64,000 nt of DNA, from IMG/VR virus record IMGVR_UViG_3300023371_000103; one strand, given 5' to 3'. Position numbers and translations under genes: made by a program. This DNA is from an uncultured virus (IMG/VR IMGVR_UViG_3300023371_000103). Its lineage: Duplodnaviria; Heunggongvirae; Uroviricota; Caudoviricetes. The stretch's first letter is position 1; every line of letters begins with the position of its first letter. The notes beneath the pieces were generated by a model. It did no database searches. It was not told the origin of the DNA and was given only the letters and a program-made list of their open reading frames with translations. Positions 47,901 to 56,138 of the stretch are shown here, piece after piece.

Positions 47901-48082
47901 AAGACTCTGTTCTGAAAGTCTACCGGGAGGTTTTTCCCAACGCGATGGTTCGGGATAATCCGGTATTGGTCGGCGGAACGGAGTATCGATTCGGTATCGA
48001 GCAGGATCTTTACAAGCACTGGGGCGTTGCGCTTTCGGAAGAGGAAGCGAATGCACTTGGATTTTCACTGGAGGATCTTTGA
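44975..48082 (+). CDS. polA: Family A DNA polymerase with N-terminal uracil-DNA-glycosylase-like domain and 3'-5' exonuclease
   Basis: ACRFILEQELKRVRPEYILALG (UDG-like); AVDLEW exo I; YAAQDA exo III; TGRSASSRPNLQN; EADLTGAE; RIAAKAVAFGIPYG; QIHDAL. Confidence 0.92.
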   Translation: MYHRFHIDEALAAVSEITPELEMSLEQSGETLPDFIRRQLYTEESPDVIVSRKGKSQRRGWKQGHHLDPAFGKRIVEAQVMVLPYAPLEADFFCMPQTEIWQEQQAAYSLWDRLSPMLEQEGFTDWESWYLTFLVKYTEFEGVDRMTAKDERACRFILEQELKRVRPEYILALGTRSLLYFLGKTSAKAESVVANQYRVQYECADGTQLSFTIICAPSPKQILDPRDGRLYGLLLQRQLKVLHACLDPSVAGEVRKTDYHFVRTAEELRPLVKAIKDAAKKDPKRRVIAVDLEWEGEYPEEDGAYLLTVQFSSRPGEAVVAVFNEGPPLGTSEDDKRKTALKGELKKLLLPSKSWRPRVGGHFLRADMPWLLHLGLVERDSATKKIKRSILDSYAAPDEELTPEGEPLCKYEGGWDTSLMYHAFDEKDSYGLKYLVGKELGFPQWDIPLTDYIAELKARDRSFKLRGYGCIPPEILHPYAAQDADYTRTLAELCMFGLDGRPALLDEDAFGNPSWRPYWLAHRASLGFFEIEYYGLLLDRGRYRQLSEDFRYVADILLEELRRRINWPEFNPASTLHRQAILFSAQDVPALAGVLPEGAVCQNLAPVYDSKYKQLWEQLEDLGEANPSTDKNVLDMLARINPVAQLLKDICKLTHTLGSVLSEFKLEEDLIGDHTLYKKGHFQFLRTDGRIHSHMRQLLATGRSASSRPNLQNLGKSAEVEYARILGTQEKDGTLSGAYLDVLGDACYRYPVRTIYKAAEDYILMEADLTGAELATMAWISQDPNMMEHVRRNILPESDPDFYDIHSHIAVQAFRLDCEPTKKGLAAVGKKHLRIAAKAVAFGIPYGRGAKAIAFQCRTQGIDLSKSEAEGIIQTYFDMYPRTRTFLDTCKASVRKPGYVETLYGRKRRFHYTSVTDDETEHKMGREFCNAPIQGTVADSINVAIFNLLKARREDPALDFRIVMQIHDALLLEVHKDSVLKVYREVFPNAMVRDNPVLVGGTEYRFGIEQDLYKHWGVALSEEEANALGFSLEDL

Positions 48083-48489
48083 TGAATCTGAGGAAACTTT
48101 TGGAGCTGATCGCGTTTCTGCCGGCGATACCGGAGGATCTCGTGCTCATCTCGGAAGAAGGAGACCAGATCTCCATAAAGGACTTTCTGGAGTCTGACTG
48201 GAAAGCGGGATTCCGCCGCAAAGATCAGTCTGTAGAGGTTCCCGGCAGCATAGCGGATCTTCAGGCACAGCTGGTCGAAGAGTCCCGGGAGGCGGAAGAG
48301 GAGGGGACGAGCGTATCGTCTTTCTCCGCGGATGACCTTCTGGGACTGGACGGCAGGATCTCTGCAATGGGCGTTTTGGTAATAAACCGCACCTTGACAG
48401 AAATGGTCCTGGCGTTACAAAACTATAGTGTATCCGCCGAAGCGGAGAATTTTATTAATCAACTTAACAAGGAGAATGAAAATGAGTAG
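48079..48489 (+). CDS. Hypothetical acidic protein
   Basis: Coupled to the polymerase stop. Confidence 0.65.
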   Translation: MMNLRKLLELIAFLPAIPEDLVLISEEGDQISIKDFLESDWKAGFRRKDQSVEVPGSIADLQAQLVEESREAEEEGTSVSSFSADDLLGLDGRISAMGVLVINRTLTEMVLALQNYSVSAEAENFINQLNKENENE

Positions 48490-49717
48490 ACAATTCGTTT
48501 ACAGTACGAAAAGATCAACGGTCACTAGCATGGATTCAAACGATCAGAGCAATTCCTTCCTGCTGAAAAGCGGAAGGCTCGTGCGTCCCGGCTGGAACAG
48601 TAATAATCCGTCCGTGTTCCGTCTTCTGGACGGTCTGAATGAATCTGACGGCTGTCGTTCGTTCAGTACCTGCACGGTGCAGACGGAAGACGGTTACGAT
48701 TTTGGAACATGGGTCCAGCAGGCACGGGCGGCGCTGTTCGCTTTTGAGGAAAAAGTATCATTCATTCTCAATACATCTCCGGAAGAGGAGACGCTGACTT
48801 ATCGGAATGGTCCGTATGTTCGTCTGTATAACGCCATGAAGAAGTACGCCGAGGGCGACAGAGCCATTGGCTACTACATGAAAATGACAGACAAGAACAA
48901 CAAAGATCGTCTGCTCCCCGATCCTGCGATGGTGACATTTTCACCGGTGATTACATACTATCGCAATGACAAGGAAGTCAGTCTGGACAACCTCTATGGT
49001 TTGGACATTCTGATGATCAAACGCTCTCTGTTTGAGCTGATCAGTAACAAGATGAACCAGAGCTGGCGCGGTCCTGTCGAAGAGATCATGGACCTGACGG
49101 ATCCGGCGGACGGGCATTTCCTCGTGATCTGGAATAAGAGCAAGCGGACGCCGGACGGGATCTCCCCGGAAGAGATCATGTCCCAGCAAGGCAGTTTCGG
49201 CTACAATCTGGCCTTGCCGAAACGTCATCCGATCCTTCATTGCTATTACGACGGCATGTCCGCGGCAGTGTCACAGGAACTGCAGGACTGGTACGCGACG
49301 CAGATCCGTCCGTGGAAGGACACGATCCACTATATGTCCCACGAGGAACAGATGGGGATCCTGAACCGCTTTGCTCCGGGTCAGCCCATGCTGTATGCCT
49401 TCCGGGGCACGGAGTATGAGTCCATGCTGACGGATGATGTGAAGCGCCGCGCGGAATCGGAACCGAAACTGGTTCAGGAGCAGGTCTACCCGACGGCTTC
49501 CTATCAGCAGGCTCCGGTCCAGCGTACTCCGATGCCGATCCAGCAGCCTGTTATTAATAACGGGTTTGAGGACCTCGCGGATGATTTCGAGCCGATCCAG
49601 GAAGAGGCTCCGGCACCGCGTCTGCGCCGTTCTCCGGTCGGGCCGGCTCCGAGTACGGTGTCCTCGGTGATGGATTCCGCGATGGAAAGGGTTGACAATA
49701 ATGCCATTCCGTTTTAA
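48482..49717 (+). CDS. Putative single-stranded DNA-binding protein
   Basis: Between PolA and RecA-like genes; disordered acidic tail ending in IPF. Confidence 0.5.
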   Translation: MSRQFVYSTKRSTVTSMDSNDQSNSFLLKSGRLVRPGWNSNNPSVFRLLDGLNESDGCRSFSTCTVQTEDGYDFGTWVQQARAALFAFEEKVSFILNTSPEEETLTYRNGPYVRLYNAMKKYAEGDRAIGYYMKMTDKNNKDRLLPDPAMVTFSPVITYYRNDKEVSLDNLYGLDILMIKRSLFELISNKMNQSWRGPVEEIMDLTDPADGHFLVIWNKSKRTPDGISPEEIMSQQGSFGYNLALPKRHPILHCYYDGMSAAVSQELQDWYATQIRPWKDTIHYMSHEEQMGILNRFAPGQPMLYAFRGTEYESMLTDDVKRRAESEPKLVQEQVYPTASYQQAPVQRTPMPIQQPVINNGFEDLADDFEPIQEEAPAPRLRRSPVGPAPSTVSSVMDSAMERVDNNAIPF

Positions 49718-49785
49718 TACCTAAGCAGCTTTGGGTTCGGCACTGGGCTTCATCAGGCTCAGTGCCTTTTTATTGGAGAGATTTT

Positions 49786-51114
49786 ATGGCAAAAAAGAAG
49801 ACATTTTCACTGGAATCGGCCAGTGCGATGGATTGCGTAAGTGCACTCCGATCCGCACTTTCGGTGAAGGATTCCGGCAGGTCCGTGATGGATCTGAGCA
49901 GTCACCGATCGTTTGTTGGGGTCCCGATCCCGTCGATCGCGGTGCAGTGGGTGCTGAATTCCAATGTGCTGCCGTTAGGGCGCATGGTGGAATTCGCCGG
50001 TGCTCCGGAGTGCTGCAAGAGCACCTTTCTGTATGAGGTCATGGGCTGGTTTCTCCGGCAGGGCGGACACGTTGTGCTGGTGGAAACGGAACAAAAAGAC
50101 AATTCACAGATCCGGCATGCGGTACTTAAGTATGATGCAGACGGTATTTCCCGTGTTGTGGTCAAACAGAGTCTGTCCTATGAGGAATGGGTCGAGGCGT
50201 TGAAAGATGCGTCTCTGTTTTATGCGGAATGGCAGAAAACACACGGTGAGCAGTTTCCGGTCCTGTTCTGCATCGACAGTCTGGCGGCTGCTCCGCAGGA
50301 CAAGCGAATTGCGGAGATGAAGGAAAACGGGCATACCAACGTAGGCTACGGGGGCATCGCCCGTGCTTTGAGTCAGGACCTTCAGACGTTTTCGTCGATC
50401 CAGGCGGGTCATCCATTCACCTTCGCCTTCACGAACCACTTGAAACAGTCCATGAATTCGATGGGGCTTCCGACGGAGTATCGCTCTGGTGGAAAAGCTC
50501 CGGAATTTTACGAGTCGGTGTCTTTTCGGTTCGCTCCGGCACCGCAGACGAGGTTCACTAAAATGGACTGCGCCGGGAGAAAGCTGCGCCTGAGCACTTC
50601 GAAGAACTCGATCGGACCGACGAAGCGCGAGGTAGAGATCCTCGTCTACTTCCGCAACCTTCCGAATCCGAACTATGATCCGACGGACGCGTATTCCGAT
50701 CGGTATCTGCTGGATGTCTCGTTCGATTGGGGGGAAGTGGACATTAAATTCCTGACGGCTATCTGTAATGGAGGCCGTGACGAATTCAGCGCTCCCAGAA
50801 GGAGGTTGTTTTCGGAGCTTCTGGATCTCCATGTGGTTTCCAAAAAGAACTCCCCGACCTGGGTCTGGTCTTCCGTATTGGGGGTTCCGGAGTCGGATCC
50901 CGTCTCGTTTAGTGAGGCTGGGAAACTTCTGATGGCGAATGAGGATCTTCTTCGCCGTCTTCAGGAAGAGCTGTATATCCAGCGCCGGCCTGTGTTTGGT
51001 GCGGGTGACAATTATGATGAAATGATGGACGCGTTTACTCGTTCCAGTGAGGAACGCGCGATCGCCTTGAATAACAGAAACTATATTGAAAACAGGGAAA
51101 ATGACAATGAGTAG
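49786..51114 (+). CDS. RecA/UvsX-like recombinase
   Basis: LPLGRMVEFAGAPECCKST; CIDSLAA; FTNHLK; SGGKAPEFY; KNSIGP. Confidence 0.85.
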   Translation: MAKKKTFSLESASAMDCVSALRSALSVKDSGRSVMDLSSHRSFVGVPIPSIAVQWVLNSNVLPLGRMVEFAGAPECCKSTFLYEVMGWFLRQGGHVVLVETEQKDNSQIRHAVLKYDADGISRVVVKQSLSYEEWVEALKDASLFYAEWQKTHGEQFPVLFCIDSLAAAPQDKRIAEMKENGHTNVGYGGIARALSQDLQTFSSIQAGHPFTFAFTNHLKQSMNSMGLPTEYRSGGKAPEFYESVSFRFAPAPQTRFTKMDCAGRKLRLSTSKNSIGPTKREVEILVYFRNLPNPNYDPTDAYSDRYLLDVSFDWGEVDIKFLTAICNGGRDEFSAPRRRLFSELLDLHVVSKKNSPTWVWSSVLGVPESDPVSFSEAGKLLMANEDLLRRLQEELYIQRRPVFGAGDNYDEMMDAFTRSSEERAIALNNRNYIENRENDNE

Positions 51115-51982
51115 AATAGACGAAGAAGTACTGAAACTGACCTCTCAGAACAGGGATGAAAACGAAAGCCACCGGCAGGCGTTGGATGACATCCGCGATT
51201 ATGGCTGGATGCCCGAGTATCAGTCGCTGTTGGCGGACCTTGCGAGTGATGACCTTGCCGCGGTGGCAAAGTTCTATCATGCCGGCGAGACCGTCCGCAG
51301 CATTAAGACGAACAATGCGGAACGGGACGCCCGACGCATTCTTAACACATTCAGCGCCACAAAGAAGCTGAATGCCCGGCTTATGACGGCAGCGTACAAG
51401 TTTTCTCAGGAGATGGCGGATTACGTGGACCGGATCCAGGACCTCTATAATGAGGAACTGGATTACCGCGTCAATCAGACCCATCTACAGTATGTGATGG
51501 TGGATTATCTGGATCCGGATGAACGCTTGTCTTATCTGACCCGTGCGGTCAACGAGGGTTTGTCGCCGATCAAGCTCCAGAAGCTGATCAAGGCGGAGAC
51601 CGGCAGAGCCGGAGGTTCAGGACGAGCCCATCAGCGCCCGGAGTCGAGGGAGCAGCTGCTTATCCAGATCCAGGAAGTGGCGCAGAAGTTCATCGACAAA
51701 GACAGTAAGGTCTGGAGTGCTCCGGAAAATCCTGCACTTCTTCTCCTTCAGAATACAGAGGGTGTTGACGAAGTGCTTCGTTCCGAAGTGACAAATACAC
51801 TGCATGTACTTACGGAACTGAAGAGTATTTGTACACGAATGATACCGGTGTTTCAGGCGTTGGACAGCAAGTATCTGGACGCCTATCTGAGTCAGGAGCA
51901 GACACAGGAGTCTTCTGCCGTCAGCGATCTGCGGAGGGTTTCGCGCCAGACAGTTCTTAATCAGGTAGTCACAGAGGACTGA
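51101..51982 (+). CDS. Hypothetical helical protein
   Basis: ~293-aa ORF in operon. Confidence 0.75.
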   Translation: MTMSRIDEEVLKLTSQNRDENESHRQALDDIRDYGWMPEYQSLLADLASDDLAAVAKFYHAGETVRSIKTNNAERDARRILNTFSATKKLNARLMTAAYKFSQEMADYVDRIQDLYNEELDYRVNQTHLQYVMVDYLDPDERLSYLTRAVNEGLSPIKLQKLIKAETGRAGGSGRAHQRPESREQLLIQIQEVAQKFIDKDSKVWSAPENPALLLLQNTEGVDEVLRSEVTNTLHVLTELKSICTRMIPVFQALDSKYLDAYLSQEQTQESSAVSDLRRVSRQTVLNQVVTED

Positions 51983-52857
51983 TGAAAAGTATCACATTAC
52001 AGAAACGCGCCGCGGACCTGACGGATAAGGTTCGCGGCTTTTTTAACGGCGTGCCGGAGGAACGTGTACTGACCGAGGCTGCTTATTCCCGTCTGGCGGA
52101 AACGCTGGCGCGGCATATCGGGGCGGAGGCGTACACGGTCTTTCGCACGGGAACCTGCTTTATTGGGAAACCGCAGTCGCGGGAGACAGTGTACAGCTTC
52201 GTGTACTATCTTCTGGCGAATCAGGATGCCATGCGGCGCGGAAAGGTTTTGTCGGCGGACGGGTCCATGACGGTTCGGGAGCGGATAGAGGTCCGCTGCG
52301 TGAACGTCAGGTACGATGATCCGGATCATGTGATCGTTGTCTGTCAGGCGATGACGGGTGTAGCCGCGAATCGGAGGATCCGCGTTCGTTTGACTCTGAG
52401 CGCAGCGTATTTCTGGCTGACGAAGCTGGGGTATTCCAGTAATCCGGAGGATCCGTTTTCCTATCCGTACCCGAGTACTGCATTTCCGGGACTGTATGGG
52501 GCGTTATCCATTGAGCAGGATGAGGAAAGCAGATCGCGAATTCCCGTCTGGCTCATTAAAACAGAGGAAGATCTTTCGATAAAGACATTTAATCGAAAGC
52601 ATATTCTTTCTCTTCGGAATGGCACAGCTGCCTGTCCGTTTGGCAGGGATGATCAGGTGGCGGATAATAATTTCGGGTATTGCGTCCGGGAATGCCCGAA
52701 CGGCTGGCGTACCTGTTCCGGGTCGGGGCATGAAAGCGCGTACATGGAAGGTGAATGCGTTTTCTGCCGTCGAACGGGACTTTTAGAGGTTGAAGCTCCG
52801 GAGCATCGGTGCGTGCAGTGCCAGCTTCAGGAGGACGGGATACTGGAAAACGAATGA
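51982..52857 (+). CDS. Hypothetical protein with Cys-rich C-terminus
   Basis: TGATG coupling; multiple CxxC. Confidence 0.75.
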   Translation: MKSITLQKRAADLTDKVRGFFNGVPEERVLTEAAYSRLAETLARHIGAEAYTVFRTGTCFIGKPQSRETVYSFVYYLLANQDAMRRGKVLSADGSMTVRERIEVRCVNVRYDDPDHVIVVCQAMTGVAANRRIRVRLTLSAAYFWLTKLGYSSNPEDPFSYPYPSTAFPGLYGALSIEQDEESRSRIPVWLIKTEEDLSIKTFNRKHILSLRNGTAACPFGRDDQVADNNFGYCVRECPNGWRTCSGSGHESAYMEGECVFCRRTGLLEVEAPEHRCVQCQLQEDGILENE

Positions 52858-53228
52858 TAGAAGTAATCTGGTTTTTGCTGGTATGCACTGTCGTTCAGAT
52901 CGGAGTCCTCCGGCTATGGTTTGACTCCTATCTGTTTCATCCTGTTCAGGAAAGGCTTCCGAAGCTGGAAGCGATGGATTTTCCATGGAACTGGATAGGA
53001 TACATGCTTCAGTGCTGGCAATGTTTTGGAGTATGGGTCGGCTGCGGTGTCGTCTTCCTGATGACGTATCTGCCTCGTTCGCCGGTAACGTCAAGGAACC
53101 CGCTGATCCTGCTCTGTCTTGGTATTGCGGTCGGACTTCTGTCCGAACTGTTCGAGTACTTTGTCCTGAGCAGGATGCCGCTTCGTGATTTTAACAGAAA
53201 GGAAAAGGAAGAAGATGATTCTTTATAG
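52854..53228 (+). CDS. Membrane protein, DUF1360-like
   Basis: Three hydrophobic helices; LQCWQCFGVWVG. Confidence 0.6.
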   Translation: MIEVIWFLLVCTVVQIGVLRLWFDSYLFHPVQERLPKLEAMDFPWNWIGYMLQCWQCFGVWVGCGVVFLMTYLPRSPVTSRNPLILLCLGIAVGLLSELFEYFVLSRMPLRDFNRKEKEEDDSL

Positions 53229-53784
53229 CTATACCACACCCGGCGGAATGTGGCTGGGGGTTCCTGAAAAGAATGTAGCGGACAGGATCCGGGACTATCA
53301 GGAGCGTAACGGCGTGACAGGCGTTTTCGGGATGCTTGACGAGAATGTTTACGTGCCTCTTCGGCGTGAGAGGGATCTGGACGCGCTGAGATTTGCCGTT
53401 ATTAATAACGGAGAAGGGGAAACGTTCAGTCTGGTGGGACTGTCGATCCTGACGGAGAAGGAGCTGATCGCGAACTACATCCTTTCTGCGCCGGAAGAGG
53501 AAGCGCTGACGGTGCAGGACCTGGGTGCGCCGGCTTCTGTGACGGAGGCGGAGGATGATCATGTCTCGTCGGATGAGGAGGCGGAGGAAGATCTTGAGGA
53601 ACAGGAGAAAGATTTCGATGAGGAGCTTCCGGAAGGGACGTACCGCTGTGCGTGGTGTCACGCCACGTTTACGGATTGGGATCTGGAGGACCCGAACTGT
53701 CCTGCTGTTGTTGATTACGATGGGAAGGATTTCTGCTGTTTTGACCACGTGTCTGAGTTTATGTTTAACGGTTATGCTCCATAG
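53215..53784 (+). CDS. Hypothetical acidic Zn-finger protein
   Basis: Acidic linker; CAWC...FCCFDH. Confidence 0.7.
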   Translation: MILYSYTTPGGMWLGVPEKNVADRIRDYQERNGVTGVFGMLDENVYVPLRRERDLDALRFAVINNGEGETFSLVGLSILTEKELIANYILSAPEEEALTVQDLGAPASVTEAEDDHVSSDEEAEEDLEEQEKDFDEELPEGTYRCAWCHATFTDWDLEDPNCPAVVDYDGKDFCCFDHVSEFMFNGYAP

Positions 53785-54091
53785 AACTTGCGATTGGCGA
53801 AAAGATACTCCGTCCCGGAAAAGACCGCTTCGTGACAGCGGAAAGATCAAGGCGTATCGAGGCGCGAGGTTTCAATTTATTCGTCTTGGAGAGGGATGGG
53901 TCGTTACTGACCTGTATCCTTACGACGAGGATTACATTTTCCGAAGAGGCGGGAAGTATATTTATGTGCGGAAGATACTTCTGGAGACGACAGATCGGTC
54001 TGTCGCGGAAGGTTATTTGAAACTCGCGCAGCGCTGGGATGCGGACTGGGCTTCCGGGAAGAAGAAAGTTCCGAAAACAGTTGACATCTGA
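53774..54091 (+). CDS. Hypothetical protein
   Basis: Overlapping ORF; start uncertain. Confidence 0.55.
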   Translation: MLHRTCDWRKDTPSRKRPLRDSGKIKAYRGARFQFIRLGEGWVVTDLYPYDEDYIFRRGGKYIYVRKILLETTDRSVAEGYLKLAQRWDADWASGKKKVPKTVDI

Positions 54092-54118
54092 AAGGAAAGG
54101 AATATAAAAATAATAAAG

Positions 54119-54202
54119 GTCCGGGTGGCGGAATTGGCAGACGCAAGGGACTTAAAATCCCTTATCCGACAGGATGTGCGGGTTCAAGTCCCGCTCCGGA
54201 CA
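54119..54202 (+). tRNA. tRNA-Leu(UAA)
   Basis: GTCCGGG/TCCGGAC acceptor; AGGGA-CTTAAAA-TCCCT; long variable arm; TTCAAG T-loop; preceded by TTGACA-N16-TATAAA. Confidence 0.92.
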
Positions 54203-54207
54203 GAACA

Positions 54208-54280
54208 GCTGGAGTAGCTCAACGGGCAGAGCACCGCTCTTGTAAAGCGGATGTTGCAGGTTCGATTCCTGTCTTCAGCT
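54208..54280 (+). tRNA. tRNA-Thr(UGU)
   Basis: GCTGGAG/CTTCAGC; CCGCT-CTTGTAA-AGCGG; GGTTCGATTCC. Confidence 0.92.
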
Positions 54281-54296
54281 CTATACTTCGCTGGTC

Positions 54297-54370
54297 GTGC
54301 GCGTAGTTCAGGCTGGATCAGAACAGGTGCTTTACTGCACCAGACGAGGGTTCAAATCCCTCCGTGCATG
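54297..54370 (+). tRNA. tRNA-like gene with 6-nt anticodon loop (TTTACT), undetermined or Val-derived
   Basis: GTGCGCG/CGTGCAT acceptor; GTTC/GAAC D stem; GGTGC-TTTACT-GCACC; GAGGG-TTCAAAT-CCCTC. Confidence 0.75.
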
Positions 54371-54491
54371 ATTTCTGTCAGGGCAGAAAATCCCGGGACA
54401 GAATGATATGTGTAATCTCTCCACCGATAGACAGACGTCGAACGGGTTGGATACCGCGTGGCATGAGCTGGATGTCTGTCAGCCAAAGTTT

Positions 54492-54564
54492 CCTTCTGTA
54501 GCTCAGCGGATAGAGTACCGCGTTTACACCGCGGGTGTCACTGGTTCAAATCCAGTCGGAAGGA
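54492..54564 (+). tRNA. tRNA-Val(UAC)
   Basis: CCTTCTG/CGGAAGG; CCGCG-TTTACAC-CGCGG; ACTGG-TTCAAAT-CCAGT. Confidence 0.9.
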
Positions 54565-54576
54565 TTATTAATAACC

Positions 54577-54650
54577 GGTTCGCAGTCCCGCCGGTTGCGG
54601 GAGGGGATCTTATAAGTCCTTTTAAGGAAGGTTCGACTCCTTCGCGAACT
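54577..54650 (+). tRNA. tRNA-Ile(UAU), atypical D arm
   Basis: GGTTCGC/GCGAACT; GGGAT-CTTATAA-GTCCT; GAAGG-TTCGACT-CCTTC; D stem TCCCGC/GCGGGA. Confidence 0.78.
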
Positions 54651-54677
54651 ACTGGTTTTTCAAGGAAAGGAACGATT

Positions 54678-54962
54678 ATGGATGTGATCCAGAGGTACGA
54701 CCGGATCGCTGCGGAAATGCGCGAGACGTTCGTAAGAAAAAATCATGACTATGGTAATTCGGTTTTTCAGAGTCCCGAGATGGCTCCGGATATTCAGCCG
54801 GAGGAAGCGGTCCGGGTACGGATCTCGGACAAACTCGGGCGGCTGAAAACGCTTCTGTCCGGGGAACAGGCACAGGTGAGTGAATCGATCCGGGATACCT
54901 ATGCGGATCTGGTCAATTATCTGATCATTCTGCTTATGATACTGGACTCTCCGGAGAGTTGA
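54678..54962 (+). CDS. DUF1599 / nucleotide-modification-associated domain protein
   Basis: RKNHDYGNS...VRISDKLGRL...ESIRDTYADLVNY. Confidence 0.8.
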   Translation: MDVIQRYDRIAAEMRETFVRKNHDYGNSVFQSPEMAPDIQPEEAVRVRISDKLGRLKTLLSGEQAQVSESIRDTYADLVNYLIILLMILDSPES

Positions 54963-55129
54963 TCCAACTACGCTTGCCCGCGGAACGGTTCCGCGGGTTT
55001 TTTATTGGTTTTATTTGAAAGGACAGGAGATATGGAGTTCAAGGAATATCACAAGATCCCGTCTGCCTATAAGCTGGACGCGGCAGCGAAAAAGTACACA
55101 CGGGAGTTCAGCTCGAAGGAGTATCTGTA

Positions 55130-55618
55130 ATGGGCGCGGTATGGGATCCAGACGCGCCGAATGTCTCGAAGCAGGTGATCTTTGAGCAGTCTTCGGTGCG
55201 GCAGATGCACAAGAACTGGTTCAAGACGGTTCATTGGCATGCGGTAAAGAAGCTGTGTCCGGAACCCACGGTAACATGGGACTGGTATTCGCAGCAGATC
55301 ACGTTCTCTGGGGAAGAGCCGTACCTGACTTTTATCCGGTCGGAGAAGATGTGGTCGTATGACCTGCACCGGCTGCTTTCAACGCACATCGAAAAGCTGC
55401 CTTTCCTGAAAGAGTGGGAGGAGCAGCCGTCCGACGCGTTGTTCTTTCCGCTCATTGGGCGGTTTGGTGTTGTGTATAAGCCGCCGATGATCCCGGAGGG
55501 GGATTGCTTGGTGAAGTACACAAAAGGAGGAGAGCCTATCGTTGTTTCGACGGTTGAAGTATGGGCTGCCCGGTTTTCGGTAACTGGTTTTGAGGAGCTG
55601 GACTATGGCAAACAATAA
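55130..55618 (+). CDS. Hypothetical protein
   Basis: 162-aa ORF. Confidence 0.65.
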   Translation: MGAVWDPDAPNVSKQVIFEQSSVRQMHKNWFKTVHWHAVKKLCPEPTVTWDWYSQQITFSGEEPYLTFIRSEKMWSYDLHRLLSTHIEKLPFLKEWEEQPSDALFFPLIGRFGVVYKPPMIPEGDCLVKYTKGGEPIVVSTVEVWAARFSVTGFEELDYGKQ

Positions 55619-56138
55619 GGAATTGCTGGATTTTCTTCAGAAGTATCATGCGTCGATCGGTTTTGGAAAAATGCCGAATTACGCCCCGCAGCATGATCTG
55701 AAAAATCTCGGGGTCATTTGTATCGAAGAGATGTACGAGGATCTGTCCGCGGAAGAGTATGACGAGTTTGTTCGTCAGTGGGTCAAGACGTTTGGTCTTG
55801 AACGGGAGGATATGCTGGACGGGTACAGGAGGTTCATTCAGATGAACAAGTGCATCATCGGAGAGAGCAAAACGGATACGGTGGCACAGGCCGCGGAAGT
55901 ATCCGGATACGCGGAAGTCCCTATGGAGATCAAGGCGCTTATCGACGCGCTTTTTGGACGCGCTTGTCTTGCCGCATATTGGTATGCAGTCCGCGATGTG
56001 ACAGTTGAAGGTAAAACGCCGGCATTCATCAACTACCATAAGCTGGAGAATCTTTTCAAAGAGACGCTGAACGCGATCGAGGGTATCGAGAGCAAAAAGG
56101 GGAACAAGCTGCGAAAGGAGATGGAGGATGATGAGTGA
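55605..56138 (+). CDS. Hypothetical protein
   Basis: GAGGAG RBS; coupled to thyX. Confidence 0.7.
   Translation: MANNKELLDFLQKYHASIGFGKMPNYAPQHDLKNLGVICIEEMYEDLSAEEYDEFVRQWVKTFGLEREDMLDGYRRFIQMNKCIIGESKTDTVAQAAEVSGYAEVPMEIKALIDALFGRACLAAYWYAVRDVTVEGKTPAFINYHKLENLFKETLNAIEGIESKKGNKLRKEMEDDE

Noticed and set aside
44975..48082. Intein or intron in the polymerase
   Set aside because: Extra length is explained by the N-terminal UDG-like domain; no intein C/HN motifs or frame break seen
54408..54677. N-terminal extension of the 184-aa ORF
   Set aside because: Overlaps tRNA-Val and tRNA-Ile; the real start with RBS is at 54678
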